Counted from the first letter of the stretch, positions 44,166 through 54,230 are shown. The stretch is 60,644 bases of DNA from Halobacteriota archaeon (GCA_049287525.1 JBAQFZ010000142.1:1-60644), one strand, 5' to 3'. Notes: a model not told the origin generated them from the letters alone. Numbers and translations are program-made.

Positions 44166-44621
44166 ATGAACGAAGGGGAAGAGGAATTTGGACAGGTGTA
44201 TTTCGCAGTTTTAGGGGCAGTAGCATTAGCGTTTGGAGCAGCAGAACTGATTACAAGTGCGGGTGAGGGATTTACATGGGGGATTTTGGATTCTTCGGGG
44301 GGTGCAGACCCCATGTTTCTGCCGTGGAGGGCAATAATCCTCCTATCCGTGGGCTTCTTTTATCTGAGCAGCGTGAAGAATTTCGCTGAGATACATCAAT
44401 TGGCGAAGGCAGTAATGGGAAGCATAATGATATGGATAGTTGCGGGAATGGCGATATGGTCGCGGATAGCGAACTCTATCCCCGGAGAAGAGACGTGGTT
44501 TAACAGCTTAGAAGGGTTCTTAGCGAGTTATGCACCGCCTTATTGCCCGGAGATGTTTTTACTGCCGTTCTCGCTGGTGATCGTGTATTATATCTTGAAG
44601 GAGAAGGAAGCGGAGAAATGA
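44166..44621 (+). CDS. Hypothetical 4-TM membrane protein
   Basis: Clean ORF starting 4 nt after feoB, with hydrophobic helices. No known motif. Confidence 0.5.
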   Translation: MNEGEEEFGQVYFAVLGAVALAFGAAELITSAGEGFTWGILDSSGGADPMFLPWRAIILLSVGFFYLSSVKNFAEIHQLAKAVMGSIMIWIVAGMAIWSRIANSIPGEETWFNSLEGFLASYAPPYCPEMFLLPFSLVIVYYILKEKEAEK

Positions 44622-44752
44622 AAAAGATATTAGAATTGAGATTTTACCGAGAGCGCTTTGGGTTGTTCATGGCTTTTGTTTGTATTTGGGACTTCTCATG
44701 GATATGGTTTGCAATTATGATTATCTTTATCCCGGTATGGTATTTGTATTAA
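44618..44752 (+). CDS. Possible small membrane peptide (44 aa)
   Basis: ATGA start/stop overlap with the previous gene. One strongly hydrophobic Trp/Phe-rich helix. Confidence 0.3.
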   Translation: MKKILELRFYRERFGLFMAFVCIWDFSWIWFAIMIIFIPVWYLY

Positions 44753-44841
44753 GGTTGTAATGGCAAAAAATAGAAAAATTTATATACCACCCCTATCTCC
44801 ATATATATTAAAATTAAAGGAGGTATTATAAACGGAACAAA

Positions 44842-45597
44842 ATGATTGCGCAAGAGCAGAAGCCTATGGATGAGATTCTGGGCTATCTCAATGGTAAGCG
44901 GCTGATAGTAGTGATGGGCTGTGGTGGCTGTGCTACGTTCTATGGTACAGGTGACAAAAAAGCGGTGAGTGATATGGCAGAGAAACTAACGAAGGAAGGA
45001 AAGGAGGTCACGAAAATTAGTCTGCCTTTAGGGATTTCAGCATGTGAAATTGACATGAGTGCAGCGTTCTTGGTAAAAAACCGAAAGGCGCTTGAGAACT
45101 GCGATGCCGTTTTAATGATGAGTTGTGGTGATGGTGTGCAAGTGGTAACTGAATATATGGACGGGCCGATGGGAATCACAAAGCACATAATTCCAGCAAA
45201 CGATGCGATAGGGCTTGTAGGCGGCGGACCTACCAGGTTCAAGGAGACCTGTCAGTCATGTGGAATGTGTGAAATGGGCAAAACCGCGGGAGTCTGTCCC
45301 TTGACGGCGTGTGGAAAAGGCTTGATGAACGGTCCCTGCGGTGGCGTGCGAGAGGATGACAAATGTGAGATAGACCCGGAGAAGGACTGCGCATGGGTGA
45401 AGATATACAAACGGATGGAGAAACTGGGAGAACTCGACAAATTCATCGAAATGCGAGACCCACACGAGTGGAGTAAAGCGAAGCGACCACGGCTGTTCGA
45501 GATAGAGAAGCCAATTAATCCAGTGCGAACAATGCTTGGTTCTCTACCGGCATATCTGCCTTTGCTAAGGAAACCAAGGATAGAAGAGGGGGAGTGA
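44842..45597 (+). CDS. metV: MetV-like protein (methylene-tetrahydrofolate reductase C-terminal-domain family, Cys-rich)
   Basis: Cys clusters GCGGCAT and CQSCGMCEMGKTAGVCPLTACGKGLMNGPCGG. Lies immediately upstream of metF. Confidence 0.75.
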   Translation: MIAQEQKPMDEILGYLNGKRLIVVMGCGGCATFYGTGDKKAVSDMAEKLTKEGKEVTKISLPLGISACEIDMSAAFLVKNRKALENCDAVLMMSCGDGVQVVTEYMDGPMGITKHIIPANDAIGLVGGGPTRFKETCQSCGMCEMGKTAGVCPLTACGKGLMNGPCGGVREDDKCEIDPEKDCAWVKIYKRMEKLGELDKFIEMRDPHEWSKAKRPRLFEIEKPINPVRTMLGSLPAYLPLLRKPRIEEGE

Positions 45598-45606
45598 TGA
45601 AAAGAA

Positions 45607-46527
45607 ATGGGCGATGAAGTGTATAGCGATTTGATGAGGGACTTGAAGTCCGGGAAGTATGCCTTCACAGGGGAGTTAGAGCCTGAAAAAGCGGGTGATG
45701 TCCACGAACCGATTGCGATGGCAAGAGACTTGAAGGGACTGGTAGTAGCATGTAACGTGACGGACAATCCACAGAGTTTCGCTTATGTTAACAGCATGGC
45801 GGCGTCGTATCTAATCCAGAAAGAGACGGGTATGGAGTGCGTTTACCAGTTGCGGTGTGCGGACCGAAATCGTATGGCGCTTCTATCTGATGTGCTTGGT
45901 GCTGGCGCCTTGGGACTGAAGAATATCTTAGCGTTAACGGGTGATCATGTATCTCTTGGGGATACACCGGATGCAAAGCCCGTCTTCGATCTGGATTCAA
46001 CCACGCTGATAGCTATGATCCGGAAAGTGGTAGACGAGGGAAAGGACATGGCAGGCAATGAAATACATAACCCGCCGAAACTGCATGTGGGCGGGGCCGC
46101 GGCGCCTGGAGCGGCACATTTGAAAGCAGAAGTTGCAAAGGTGAAGCGAAAAATCAAGGTTGGCGTGGAATACCTACAAACTCAGGTCGTTTACTACACG
46201 GATACTCTGGATAAGTTCTTTAACGAGCTGGGGAAGGTAGATGTCCCGATTCTGGTGGGGATATTCCCGGCAAGGACTTTTGGGCAGGCGGAATTCTTCG
46301 ATAAATTCGTTGCGGGTGTGGATGTGCCACCGGATTATCTGGAAGCCATGCGGAAGACGAAGGAGATAAAGGACAAGGAGAAGAAGAATGAAGAGGTGGA
46401 CAGAGTAAACGTAGAGTTCTTTACGGGTTTCCTGGAGCATCTGAAAGGAACACCGGCGGCGGGATGCCACATGATGGCGGTGGGGTATCCCCGGATAATA
46501 CCAGCACTCAAGAAGATAATCGAGTAA
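45607..46527 (+). CDS. metF: Methylenetetrahydrofolate reductase (MetF/MTHFR family)
   Basis: TIM-barrel MTHFR pattern: VVACNVTDNPQ, LTGDH, D..S..LI, YLQTQVVY. Length is 306 aa. Confidence 0.85.
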   Translation: MGDEVYSDLMRDLKSGKYAFTGELEPEKAGDVHEPIAMARDLKGLVVACNVTDNPQSFAYVNSMAASYLIQKETGMECVYQLRCADRNRMALLSDVLGAGALGLKNILALTGDHVSLGDTPDAKPVFDLDSTTLIAMIRKVVDEGKDMAGNEIHNPPKLHVGGAAAPGAAHLKAEVAKVKRKIKVGVEYLQTQVVYYTDTLDKFFNELGKVDVPILVGIFPARTFGQAEFFDKFVAGVDVPPDYLEAMRKTKEIKDKEKKNEEVDRVNVEFFTGFLEHLKGTPAAGCHMMAVGYPRIIPALKKIIE

Positions 46528-46579
46528 GGAAGAGAACGTTTTTTCGTTCCCTTCTTCCTTCCTTCCTTCCTTCTTTATT

Positions 46580-46966
46580 TTATTTATCCAGAATATTCAC
46601 TATTTCATCTATTGTGATGGTCCAGTCAGCGGCTTTGCGTATTGTCCCTTTTGCACCCGCGTCGAGCGCTTTTCGTTCCACATCGGTATTGGCATAGGCG
46701 GTGAAGAGGTAGATGTTAGCTCCCGGATCGTTATCCTTTATCCTTATAGTCGCTTCCACACCGTCCATCACGGGCATTCGAAGGTCCATCAGCACGAGGT
46801 CTGGCTTCTGACCGTCACCTGACAGTTTGCTGTACATCTGAACCCCCACCTCCCCATTTCCCGCAGAGTACACGGAAAATGTATGCTGATCGTTCCGCGC
46901 AAGAAAAAGAGACAGCAGTGTGTGAACCGCTTCTTCGTCATCCACAATCAAGATACGATATTCCAT
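46580..46966 (-). CDS. Stand-alone CheY-like receiver protein
   Basis: ILIVDDEE, DLVLMDLRMPVMDG and LFTAY...GAKG.I.K. Starts 8 nt after the upstream gene. Confidence 0.85.
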   Translation of the reverse strand: MEYRILIVDDEEAVHTLLSLFLARNDQHTFSVYSAGNGEVGVQMYSKLSGDGQKPDLVLMDLRMPVMDGVEATIRIKDNDPGANIYLFTAYANTDVERKALDAGAKGTIRKAADWTITIDEIVNILDK

Positions 46967-46973
46967 CTTTATT

Positions 46974-48038
46974 TTATCCCTCCTTCTCTTCTGTTTCTTC
47001 CTGTGAATATCTCCCAGCCAGTGAATCCTTCACCAGTTGCAGGATTTCCTCGTTTTTTTCGCGTATAATTCTAATTTTCTCACGCTGGTCTTCGTCAAGA
47101 TTACCGGATTCAAGTAATAAATCAGCGTATCCACCGATGATACACACCGGAGTGATAATTCTGTGTGACGTTTCTTTCAGGAAGTATTCTCTTAGTCTAT
47201 AAGCCCTTGCTCTCTCTCGTTTCGACTCTTCAAGCTGTTCTACATGCTCCTGAAGTGAACGAGCGGTATGTTTCAAAGCGTTTTCCGCACGCTTGCGCTC
47301 GGTGATGTCCAGGTAAACAATGACAAAATCCTTATTCTTTGGAGACCCGTCCATTCTTGAAGCGTATACTGTGCATAGTATATCCCTACCATCCTTGTGC
47401 CGGCACGTGACCTCTTCACTATAAGTCTGTTGCGTCTCAAGAGCAAGATAAATGTGTGCGCATATTTCTGCATACTCTTTCTCAGTTCGGTATAAAATTC
47501 GTGTGCTTTTGCCAATTAACTCTTCGAGTTTCCAGCCGAAAACCGTCTCCACACTTTTATTTGCAAAGATGATATGACGTTCACGCGAATGAATAACGGC
47601 AACTGGGACTGTCTCAAGTATGGTGCTCTTTAACACTTCGCTCTCTTTTAACTTCTTATCCATACGGCTCTTGTAAAGCGCCATTTGTATGGCTGCGAGG
47701 AGCTGCCTATCCTGAAACGGCTTAACGAGATAAGCATACGGTGCAGTGCTTTTGGCACGGTCTATCAACTCCATATCAGAATATGCAGTCAGAAAGATAA
47801 TAGGAATATCCAGCTTATTTTTTATCTCAAGCGAAGCGTCTATGCCGTTTCCCTGACCTTTCAGGACGATGTCCATCAATACTAAATCCGGCTTAAGTTC
47901 AAGTGCCTTTTTCACCGCAGCCCCGGCACTGGCTACTCGCCCCACCACTTCGTAACCAAGGTCGGTAATCACCATTTCCAGGTCTTCAGCCACGATGGCT
48001 TCGTCTTCAACGATTAGTACACTTTCCTTTTTTGCCAT
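46974..48038 (-). CDS. Receiver-PAS-HisKA(DHp) protein lacking an HATPase_c catalytic domain
   Basis: REC motifs are VLIVEDE, DLVLMDIVL and FLTAY...YLVKP. The PAS region contains RHKDGRDI and ITERKRAE. The H-box is ETSHRIITPV. The ORF ends about 60 aa after the H-box with no N/G1/G2 boxes. Confidence 0.8.
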   Translation of the reverse strand: MAKKESVLIVEDEAIVAEDLEMVITDLGYEVVGRVASAGAAVKKALELKPDLVLMDIVLKGQGNGIDASLEIKNKLDIPIIFLTAYSDMELIDRAKSTAPYAYLVKPFQDRQLLAAIQMALYKSRMDKKLKESEVLKSTILETVPVAVIHSRERHIIFANKSVETVFGWKLEELIGKSTRILYRTEKEYAEICAHIYLALETQQTYSEEVTCRHKDGRDILCTVYASRMDGSPKNKDFVIVYLDITERKRAENALKHTARSLQEHVEQLEESKRERARAYRLREYFLKETSHRIITPVCIIGGYADLLLESGNLDEDQREKIRIIREKNEEILQLVKDSLAGRYSQEETEEKEG

Positions 48039-48188
48039 GCTAACGCCTCCGAAGTCCCGTATAAGTTACTTATACTTCCGTTTTTCCACCACATTCATAT
48101 ACAATATACAGTTTTTTTTAAATTATTATATCCTTTGTTTTTAAGTTTTTAAGTTTATTAGTGGAAATGACAAAGGTGGCATGTGAAA

Positions 48189-49388
48189 ATGAAAGTGATA
48201 ATTTTGGCTGCGGGAGAGGGTAAGAGGATGCGACCCCTTACTTACGAACGGCCAAAAGTAATGCTTCCAATAGCGGGAAAGCCGATATTAGAGCATTTGC
48301 TCGTAGAGGCAAAAGAAGCGGGACTAAACGACTTTATATTCGTGGTTGGGTACCATGATGAGACCATTCGAGATTACTTTGGAAACGGTGCGGACTGGAA
48401 CGTGGGAATCCAGTATGTAACGCAAAAGGAGCAGCTCGGTACTGCGGACGCTCTGCGGCGGACTGAGCATTTAGTAGAGGACAAAATCCTCATGCTGAAC
48501 GGGGACACAATTGTGAGTGCGGAGGACATCAAGCAGGTCATAACAGGTGAACTCACACTGGGCGTTATTGGAGTACCAAATCCCGAAGAATACGGTGTGG
48601 TTGAGACAGAAGGGGAGCGGATATTACGAATACACGAGAAGATGCGTGAACCTCCTTCAAACCTGATAAACGCCGGGGTTTATCTATTGGACGAGAATAT
48701 CTTCACAGCACTGTCAAAGACGGTGAAATCGAAAAGGGGCGAATTCGAGCTTACGGATTCTTTACAGTTGCTTATAAATGAAGGTATTAGCATCGTCTGT
48801 AAGCGTATCGAGCACTGGATAGATGTCAGCTACCCCTGGGATTTGCTGGTTGCGAACGAGCATCTAATAAAGAAGATAAGTAGGGAAGTCAGAGGTGAGC
48901 TTGAGGAGAACGTCTGGTTAAAAGGGGAGATATTGATTGGAGAAGGCACGGTGGTAAAATCTGGCACTTACATAGAAGGTCCTGTCGTGATAGGACAGGA
49001 CTGTGAAATCGGCCCTAATAGCTATATACGTCCAAATACGTCGGTGGGCGATAACTGCCATATAGGCAACGCGGTAGAGCTGAAAGGTTCGATTATTATG
49101 GACGACACGAAGATTCCACACTTCAGCTATGTCGGTGATTCCGTTATCGCATGCCGGTGCAATCTCGGTGCAGGAACGAAGATAGCGAATTTAAGGTTTG
49201 ATAACGCGCATGTGAGAGCAAAAGGATTGGACACAGGTAGGAGGAAATTTGGAGCGATAATAAGCGATGGTGTGAGTACGGGGATAAATGCAAGTATAGA
49301 TGCAGGAGCGATTATCGGCAATAACACGCTTGTTGGACCCGGTGCTTTCGCTTCGGGGTATATAGAGCGAAATTCGAGGATATTTTAA
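48189..49388 (+). CDS. Bifunctional sugar-1-phosphate nucleotidyltransferase / left-handed beta-helix acyltransferase (archaeal GlmU-like)
   Basis: N-terminal motifs ILAAGEGKRMRPLT, GTADAL and LNGD. The C-terminal half carries hexapeptide repeats. Alternative GTG start at 48183. Confidence 0.8.
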   Translation: MKVIILAAGEGKRMRPLTYERPKVMLPIAGKPILEHLLVEAKEAGLNDFIFVVGYHDETIRDYFGNGADWNVGIQYVTQKEQLGTADALRRTEHLVEDKILMLNGDTIVSAEDIKQVITGELTLGVIGVPNPEEYGVVETEGERILRIHEKMREPPSNLINAGVYLLDENIFTALSKTVKSKRGEFELTDSLQLLINEGISIVCKRIEHWIDVSYPWDLLVANEHLIKKISREVRGELEENVWLKGEILIGEGTVVKSGTYIEGPVVIGQDCEIGPNSYIRPNTSVGDNCHIGNAVELKGSIIMDDTKIPHFSYVGDSVIACRCNLGAGTKIANLRFDNAHVRAKGLDTGRRKFGAIISDGVSTGINASIDAGAIIGNNTLVGPGAFASGYIERNSRIF

Positions 49389-49389
49389 A

Positions 49390-50571
49390 ATGAGGTTTGA
49401 ACAGGCAGTAGTGCTTGCTGCGGGAGAAGGGGAAAGGCTGAGACCGTTCACGGCGTCAAAGCCAAAGGTAATGATTAAGGTGGGGAATAAGCCGATTCTA
49501 CAGTATGTCGTGGAGGCCCTGGAAAGAAACGGCATAAGAAGGATTATATTCGTTGTGGGGTATAAAAAAGAGAAGATCATGGATTATTTTGGTGACGGCA
49601 AAGATTTAGGCGTGGAAATAGAGTATGTGGTTCAGGAACATCTGCTTGGGACTGGAGACGCACTGAATCAGGCGGAGAATAAGACGGCAGACCGATTTCT
49701 CGTTTTGTCCGGCGATAACGTAATTGATGCCTCGACCATTGCAGATTCCGAGCTCCTGGACGCAGAAGGAAACGCGATATTGATAAAGGCATACAATGAT
49801 GTGAGCAAGTATGGTGTGGTAACGGTGGATAACGGCATGGTTACGGATATTATAGAGAAGCCGGCAGAAGAGATAAGCAATCTGGTAAATACGGGCATAT
49901 ACGCCTTTGAAGATGCGATATTTGAGTACATGGATGATGAGCTGACGTCAGGATTAATAGGCATGGTTCACGCGGGCATTCCGGTTAGAGCGTATGCCAC
50001 GCACGGTGCATGGCTGGATGCCGTCTATCCCTGGGACATCCTACGATTGAACGACATCGTGCTGAAGGGAGAGCCCGCAAAGATAGAAGGAAAGATAGAA
50101 CGGGGTGTGACCATAGATGGGAAAGTCACAATAGGCAAGAATTCGGTGATAAGAGCGAACTCGTATCTGAAAGGACCTGTTATAATAGGCGAAAATTGCG
50201 AGATCGGGCCCAATGCCTGTATCTTTCCGTCCACGAGTATAGGAAATGACGTCCAAATATGCCCGTTTACAGAGGTAAAGAACTCGGTATTGATGGATAT
50301 GGTAAGAATAGGCTCGTTCTCTTCTATTCATGATTCTATATTTGATACTGGCTCGCATGCCGAAGGGGGATTTATAGCACGAAGCGAGGAAGCAGATATA
50401 GAAATCGGTGGTGAGCATCACAGGGTAAACGTTGGCGCGATAGTAGGCGAATATTGCGAGCTGGGCAGCAACATCATTGCGATGCCCGGAGCGATAATAG
50501 GAAATCATGTGGAGATAATGTCAATGAAGGAGCTGCGCGGTAAAATACGGGATGGAAGCATGGTGGTATGA
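49390..50571 (+). CDS. Second GlmU-like nucleotidyltransferase/acyltransferase paralog
   Basis: LAAGEGERLRPFT and GTGDAL, with a hexapeptide-repeat C-terminus. Starts 2 nt after the previous stop. Confidence 0.8.
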   Translation: MRFEQAVVLAAGEGERLRPFTASKPKVMIKVGNKPILQYVVEALERNGIRRIIFVVGYKKEKIMDYFGDGKDLGVEIEYVVQEHLLGTGDALNQAENKTADRFLVLSGDNVIDASTIADSELLDAEGNAILIKAYNDVSKYGVVTVDNGMVTDIIEKPAEEISNLVNTGIYAFEDAIFEYMDDELTSGLIGMVHAGIPVRAYATHGAWLDAVYPWDILRLNDIVLKGEPAKIEGKIERGVTIDGKVTIGKNSVIRANSYLKGPVIIGENCEIGPNACIFPSTSIGNDVQICPFTEVKNSVLMDMVRIGSFSSIHDSIFDTGSHAEGGFIARSEEADIEIGGEHHRVNVGAIVGEYCELGSNIIAMPGAIIGNHVEIMSMKELRGKIRDGSMVV

Positions 50572-50594
50572 GGAGGGAGGCAATAGGCAATAAA

Positions 50595-52451
50595 ATGTGT
50601 GGAATAGTAGGATACGTGGGAGAACGTGGAGCACTGCCTATCATCCTTAATTCGCTGCAGCGGATTGAATACCGTGGATATGACTCCTGTGGCATTTTAG
50701 TGCAGGATAACATAGAGGGGAATATTCATGTGCATAAGAGCATGAACTCGATAGCAGGTTTGAAGAAGAACCTGTCGGAATTGGATTATCCTGGCACCAT
50801 AGGTATTGGACACACCAGATGGGCAACGCATGGCGTGCCATCAACTCGAAATGCACATCCACACTTTGATTGCGAAGGAGAGATTGCCGTTGTCCATAAC
50901 GGGATAATAGAAAACTTTCAGGGGCTAAAAGAAGGACTGTTGAGCAACTGCCAGTTTAAATCAGATACTGATACAGAGGTAATACCACATCTAATCCGTC
51001 AATATTTAGAAAAGCGTGATAAACAAACATTTAAAAGAAGTTTGAACAGAAACAAAAACGCTGCGCAAGACGCGTTTGAGTTACAATTGAAAGAAGCAGT
51101 GAGTGCGTGTTTGTCGCGTTTGAGGGGTTCCTATGCGATAATAGCAGCGGTAAAAGGTTTTGATGGGTTAGTGGCAGCGAGGAAAGATTCTCCGCTTATT
51201 ATCGGAGTGGGCGACCGTGAAAATTTCATTGCCTCTGACGTGCCAGCCGTGCTTGAGCAGACGAACCGGATAATTTATCTGGAGAATGGGGACCTCGCGG
51301 TGGTGAAGAAGGATTCGATATACATAGAGAATGACGATTCCGAGGTGAAGCGGGAGGAGAAACTAATTCCATGGACGATAGAAGATGCGGAGAAGGGCGG
51401 TTACGAGCACTTCATGTTAAAAGAGATACATGAGGAGCCAAAGGCGATTATAGATACGCTAAGAGGTTATTTATCAGAAGAAGGCATAAATTTAGGGCTT
51501 GAATTAGGTGCAGCTCGTATTCTGATGGTAGCCTGCGGCACGTCCTACTATGCCGCTCTGTGTGGTAAATATATAATAGAACATTTAGCAAAGGTGCCTG
51601 TGCAGGTTGAGCTTGCATCTGAGTTCAATTACTCGGATTTCGTGCTGGACGACATGATAGTAATGGCGATTACGCAATCGGGCGAGACTGCGGATACGCT
51701 GATGTCGTTGAAGAAAGCGAAGAGGTTCGGCTGCAAAACGGTAGCGATCACAAATGTAGTGGGCAGTTCGGCAACGCGAATCGCGGATGATACGATATAC
51801 GTAAGAGCGGGACCGGAGATTGGGGTTGCAGCGACAAAAAGCTTTATTGTGCAGCTCGTTACGTTTTATCTCATAGGGCTCTGCCTTGCGAAATTGCCGG
51901 CACGCGAGCTTGAGGAACGCATTGTGGATTTGAAACGAATGCCACAGCTTGCTCAGGTAGTGCTGGACGAAGAAGACGCGAATATACAGAAATATGCACG
52001 GTATCTCTCTCAGTATGAGAATGCGTTCTTCGTGGGACGCGGAGTAAACCTGCCTATTGCATTAGAGGGTGCGTTGAAGCTGAAGGAGATTTCGTATATA
52101 CATGCGGAGGGTTATGCCGCGGGTGAGCTCAAACACGGTCCTTTTGCGTTACTTACCCGTGACACACCGGTAATTGCGATTTTGTGCCGGGATCTTAGCT
52201 ATGAGAAGACGCTGGGGAATGTGAAGGAGATAACGGCACGCGGTGCACCGGTGATTGCCATTGCGGAAACGGGAGATGAAGAGGTGGAGAAGTATGTGGA
52301 TGGTGTGATACGGGTGCCTAAGACGAGTGCGATTACCTCGCCGATTCCTAATACGGTTGCGCTTCATTTGCTCGCTTACTGGACGGCAAAGATGAGAGGA
52401 TGTGAGATAGATAAGCCACGGAATCTGGCGAAGAGTGTGACGGTGGAATGA
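50595..52451 (+). CDS. glmS: Glutamine--fructose-6-phosphate aminotransferase (isomerising)
   Basis: Ntn start MCGIVGY, HTRWATHG and VHNGIIEN. Two SIS domains (ITQSGETADT) and the C-terminal KSVTVE. Confidence 0.95.
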   Translation: MCGIVGYVGERGALPIILNSLQRIEYRGYDSCGILVQDNIEGNIHVHKSMNSIAGLKKNLSELDYPGTIGIGHTRWATHGVPSTRNAHPHFDCEGEIAVVHNGIIENFQGLKEGLLSNCQFKSDTDTEVIPHLIRQYLEKRDKQTFKRSLNRNKNAAQDAFELQLKEAVSACLSRLRGSYAIIAAVKGFDGLVAARKDSPLIIGVGDRENFIASDVPAVLEQTNRIIYLENGDLAVVKKDSIYIENDDSEVKREEKLIPWTIEDAEKGGYEHFMLKEIHEEPKAIIDTLRGYLSEEGINLGLELGAARILMVACGTSYYAALCGKYIIEHLAKVPVQVELASEFNYSDFVLDDMIVMAITQSGETADTLMSLKKAKRFGCKTVAITNVVGSSATRIADDTIYVRAGPEIGVAATKSFIVQLVTFYLIGLCLAKLPARELEERIVDLKRMPQLAQVVLDEEDANIQKYARYLSQYENAFFVGRGVNLPIALEGALKLKEISYIHAEGYAAGELKHGPFALLTRDTPVIAILCRDLSYEKTLGNVKEITARGAPVIAIAETGDEEVEKYVDGVIRVPKTSAITSPIPNTVALHLLAYWTAKMRGCEIDKPRNLAKSVTVE

Positions 52452-52589
52452 GGATGCGTAAGACGTGCCCCGATAACTTATATCACGAATCAAAAAAAAA
52501 TAATAATAATGACCGTGAAAAATCTTTTGAGATGCATGCGGTGCTTCTCCTTATTATTGACGTTTGTGGTGTAGAGTAGAAGGTTGTGA

Positions 52590-52802
52590 TTGGATAAAAC
52601 TCTTTTAAATGAGCTTATTTTCTCGACTTCACCGGGCTTTTTTTTGCTCTTTTTGCAAATGGGGTTATCATATCAAAAACTGTCGATGGCAATGCTTGTA
52701 GAAAAGGGCAGAATAAGGGGCAAAGCGAGAGCTATGACTGCTAACCGCACGGACCACGCCTGGACTTTAGAAGAGTTGTTCCGGTTTAAACCACCTCCGT
52801 AG
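52590..52802 (+). pseudogene. Probable transposase C-terminal remnant
   Basis: The tail ARAMTANRTDHAWTLEELFRF resembles the conserved ...TDHvWtleELl C-terminal tail seen in several transposase families (from memory). There is no intact upstream transposase body, and the start codon is non-ATG. Confidence 0.3.
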
Positions 52803-52954
52803 CAGGTGAATATCCGGAATATGCAGGGGTCGGGAACTTTTTACGTGTTCACGCAATAATTAACTTTAAGTACCCGTGTTGATCATTAATTGGGTGATCG
52901 CCTCTATAGTATGAAAATTATACCTTTAATAAGAAGAAAGTTTATTCATCACTC

Positions 52955-54136
52955 TCAGACACCGGGATACACGAATATCTTACCTTCTGGATAAGATATG
53001 CCCATGAATTTGTTCAGATATTCCGTGTAAACTTCTTTAGGATTCAGGTTTAACTCTGGATGTATTATCTTAACCCAATATGTAAGCCCAACAACACTAT
53101 CCAACCCATAGAGCGGTTCATTGCAGAACGCATAAATGCGGTTGTCTTTCACTGCAAATATACTCTCTGCCGCGGGTCGGCTCTTAATATCTGCTCTCAG
53201 CCTTTCAGGCTCGTCAATACTGCTCCAGCCCCAGCCACTGGTATATACCCCCTTAATTATCACATCGGGATTCTGCGCTACGACCCATTCCCACCCCAGA
53301 TGCGGGTACGTCTTGCTCAGCTCACCAGCGACATTTTTCCCACCAGCCATAGTGCATGCGAAGTCATCTGCCGACCCGGGACCCTTGGTCGCAATATCTT
53401 CCAACCCCGTCACCGTTCCTTCGATAAATACCCACGGCTTCTGTCCATAAGAATAGAACCATGCAAGCCTGCTCAATCTATTCAGCTCTATATGTTTCAC
53501 CGGCTCTCCAAGGCGTGTTGCCTCAAGATATGACAGAATCGCATTAGCGAGTTTATTCCTCGATACCGGCTCAAGGCCAGCAACGGCTTTTTTAACTGAC
53601 TCCTCTTTCGTCTGATACCAACCTCTGTACTTATCCACAGCCCCCGTAGCATTAAGAATAGTTCCCAGTTTCGTTACTTCTTCCTGTAATGTATCGTGCT
53701 TATAAAAGTCAAAAGCAACCACTGTGATATTTCTAAAACCTTTTAACTTCTCAACGGGCTCTAATTTAGATGTATAGGTGATTACGAGTGTATGGTCGTC
53801 CGTTGCAAGTTCCGCAATCTTTCCATAATCAAACTCCTTCCATGTGCCAACAGATGGTGTATTCTTCAAACCCGGGAAGTAATAGCTCTTTTTATTCTTT
53901 ATATCAGCGACCACACCAACGATATTGTGAACATGCCCAAGGACTTTTACCGCTTCTGCCGCATCACTGTTCAGGACGATTATCTTTACAGGCTCCATCG
54001 TTATCGTTAGTTCTCTACCTGCGGAATCTGTAATAGCCAGCGGATAAGTTGTTGCAATTGCAATTGCAGGCATCGCCATCAGCAACACGCATAACGCGAG
54101 AAGTGTCGCTGAGTAAAATGTTATCTTAGTTCGCAT
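52955..54136 (-). CDS. Periplasmic-binding-protein type 2 (Fe-siderophore/cobalamin FecB/BtuF-like) substrate-binding protein; orphan
   Basis: Signal/TM N-terminus, P.KIIVLNSDAAEAVKVLG and the C-terminal lobe V.DNRIYAF. No cognate permease or ATPase gene is adjacent. Confidence 0.7.
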   Translation of the reverse strand: MRTKITFYSATLLALCVLLMAMPAIAIATTYPLAITDSAGRELTITMEPVKIIVLNSDAAEAVKVLGHVHNIVGVVADIKNKKSYYFPGLKNTPSVGTWKEFDYGKIAELATDDHTLVITYTSKLEPVEKLKGFRNITVVAFDFYKHDTLQEEVTKLGTILNATGAVDKYRGWYQTKEESVKKAVAGLEPVSRNKLANAILSYLEATRLGEPVKHIELNRLSRLAWFYSYGQKPWVFIEGTVTGLEDIATKGPGSADDFACTMAGGKNVAGELSKTYPHLGWEWVVAQNPDVIIKGVYTSGWGWSSIDEPERLRADIKSRPAAESIFAVKDNRIYAFCNEPLYGLDSVVGLTYWVKIIHPELNLNPKEVYTEYLNKFMGISYPEGKIFVYPGV

Positions 54137-54230
54137 TTCATATCACCTCCTTTTTCTTTCTTCACAAACACCTTCGTGTAAACTATCACCCGCGATACCG
54201 CCGTCACCGTCCCCCCAATAAAAGTGGTTG

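Noticed and set aside
45252-45767. 171-aa minus-strand ORF across the metV/metF junction.
   Set aside because: It is antisense to two well-supported genes and its Ser/Pro-rich composition is typical of shadow ORFs.
53060-53533. Plus-strand ORFs of 157 and 104 aa inside the binding-protein gene.
   Set aside because: They are antisense shadow ORFs. The minus-strand gene has a signal peptide and PBP-type motifs.
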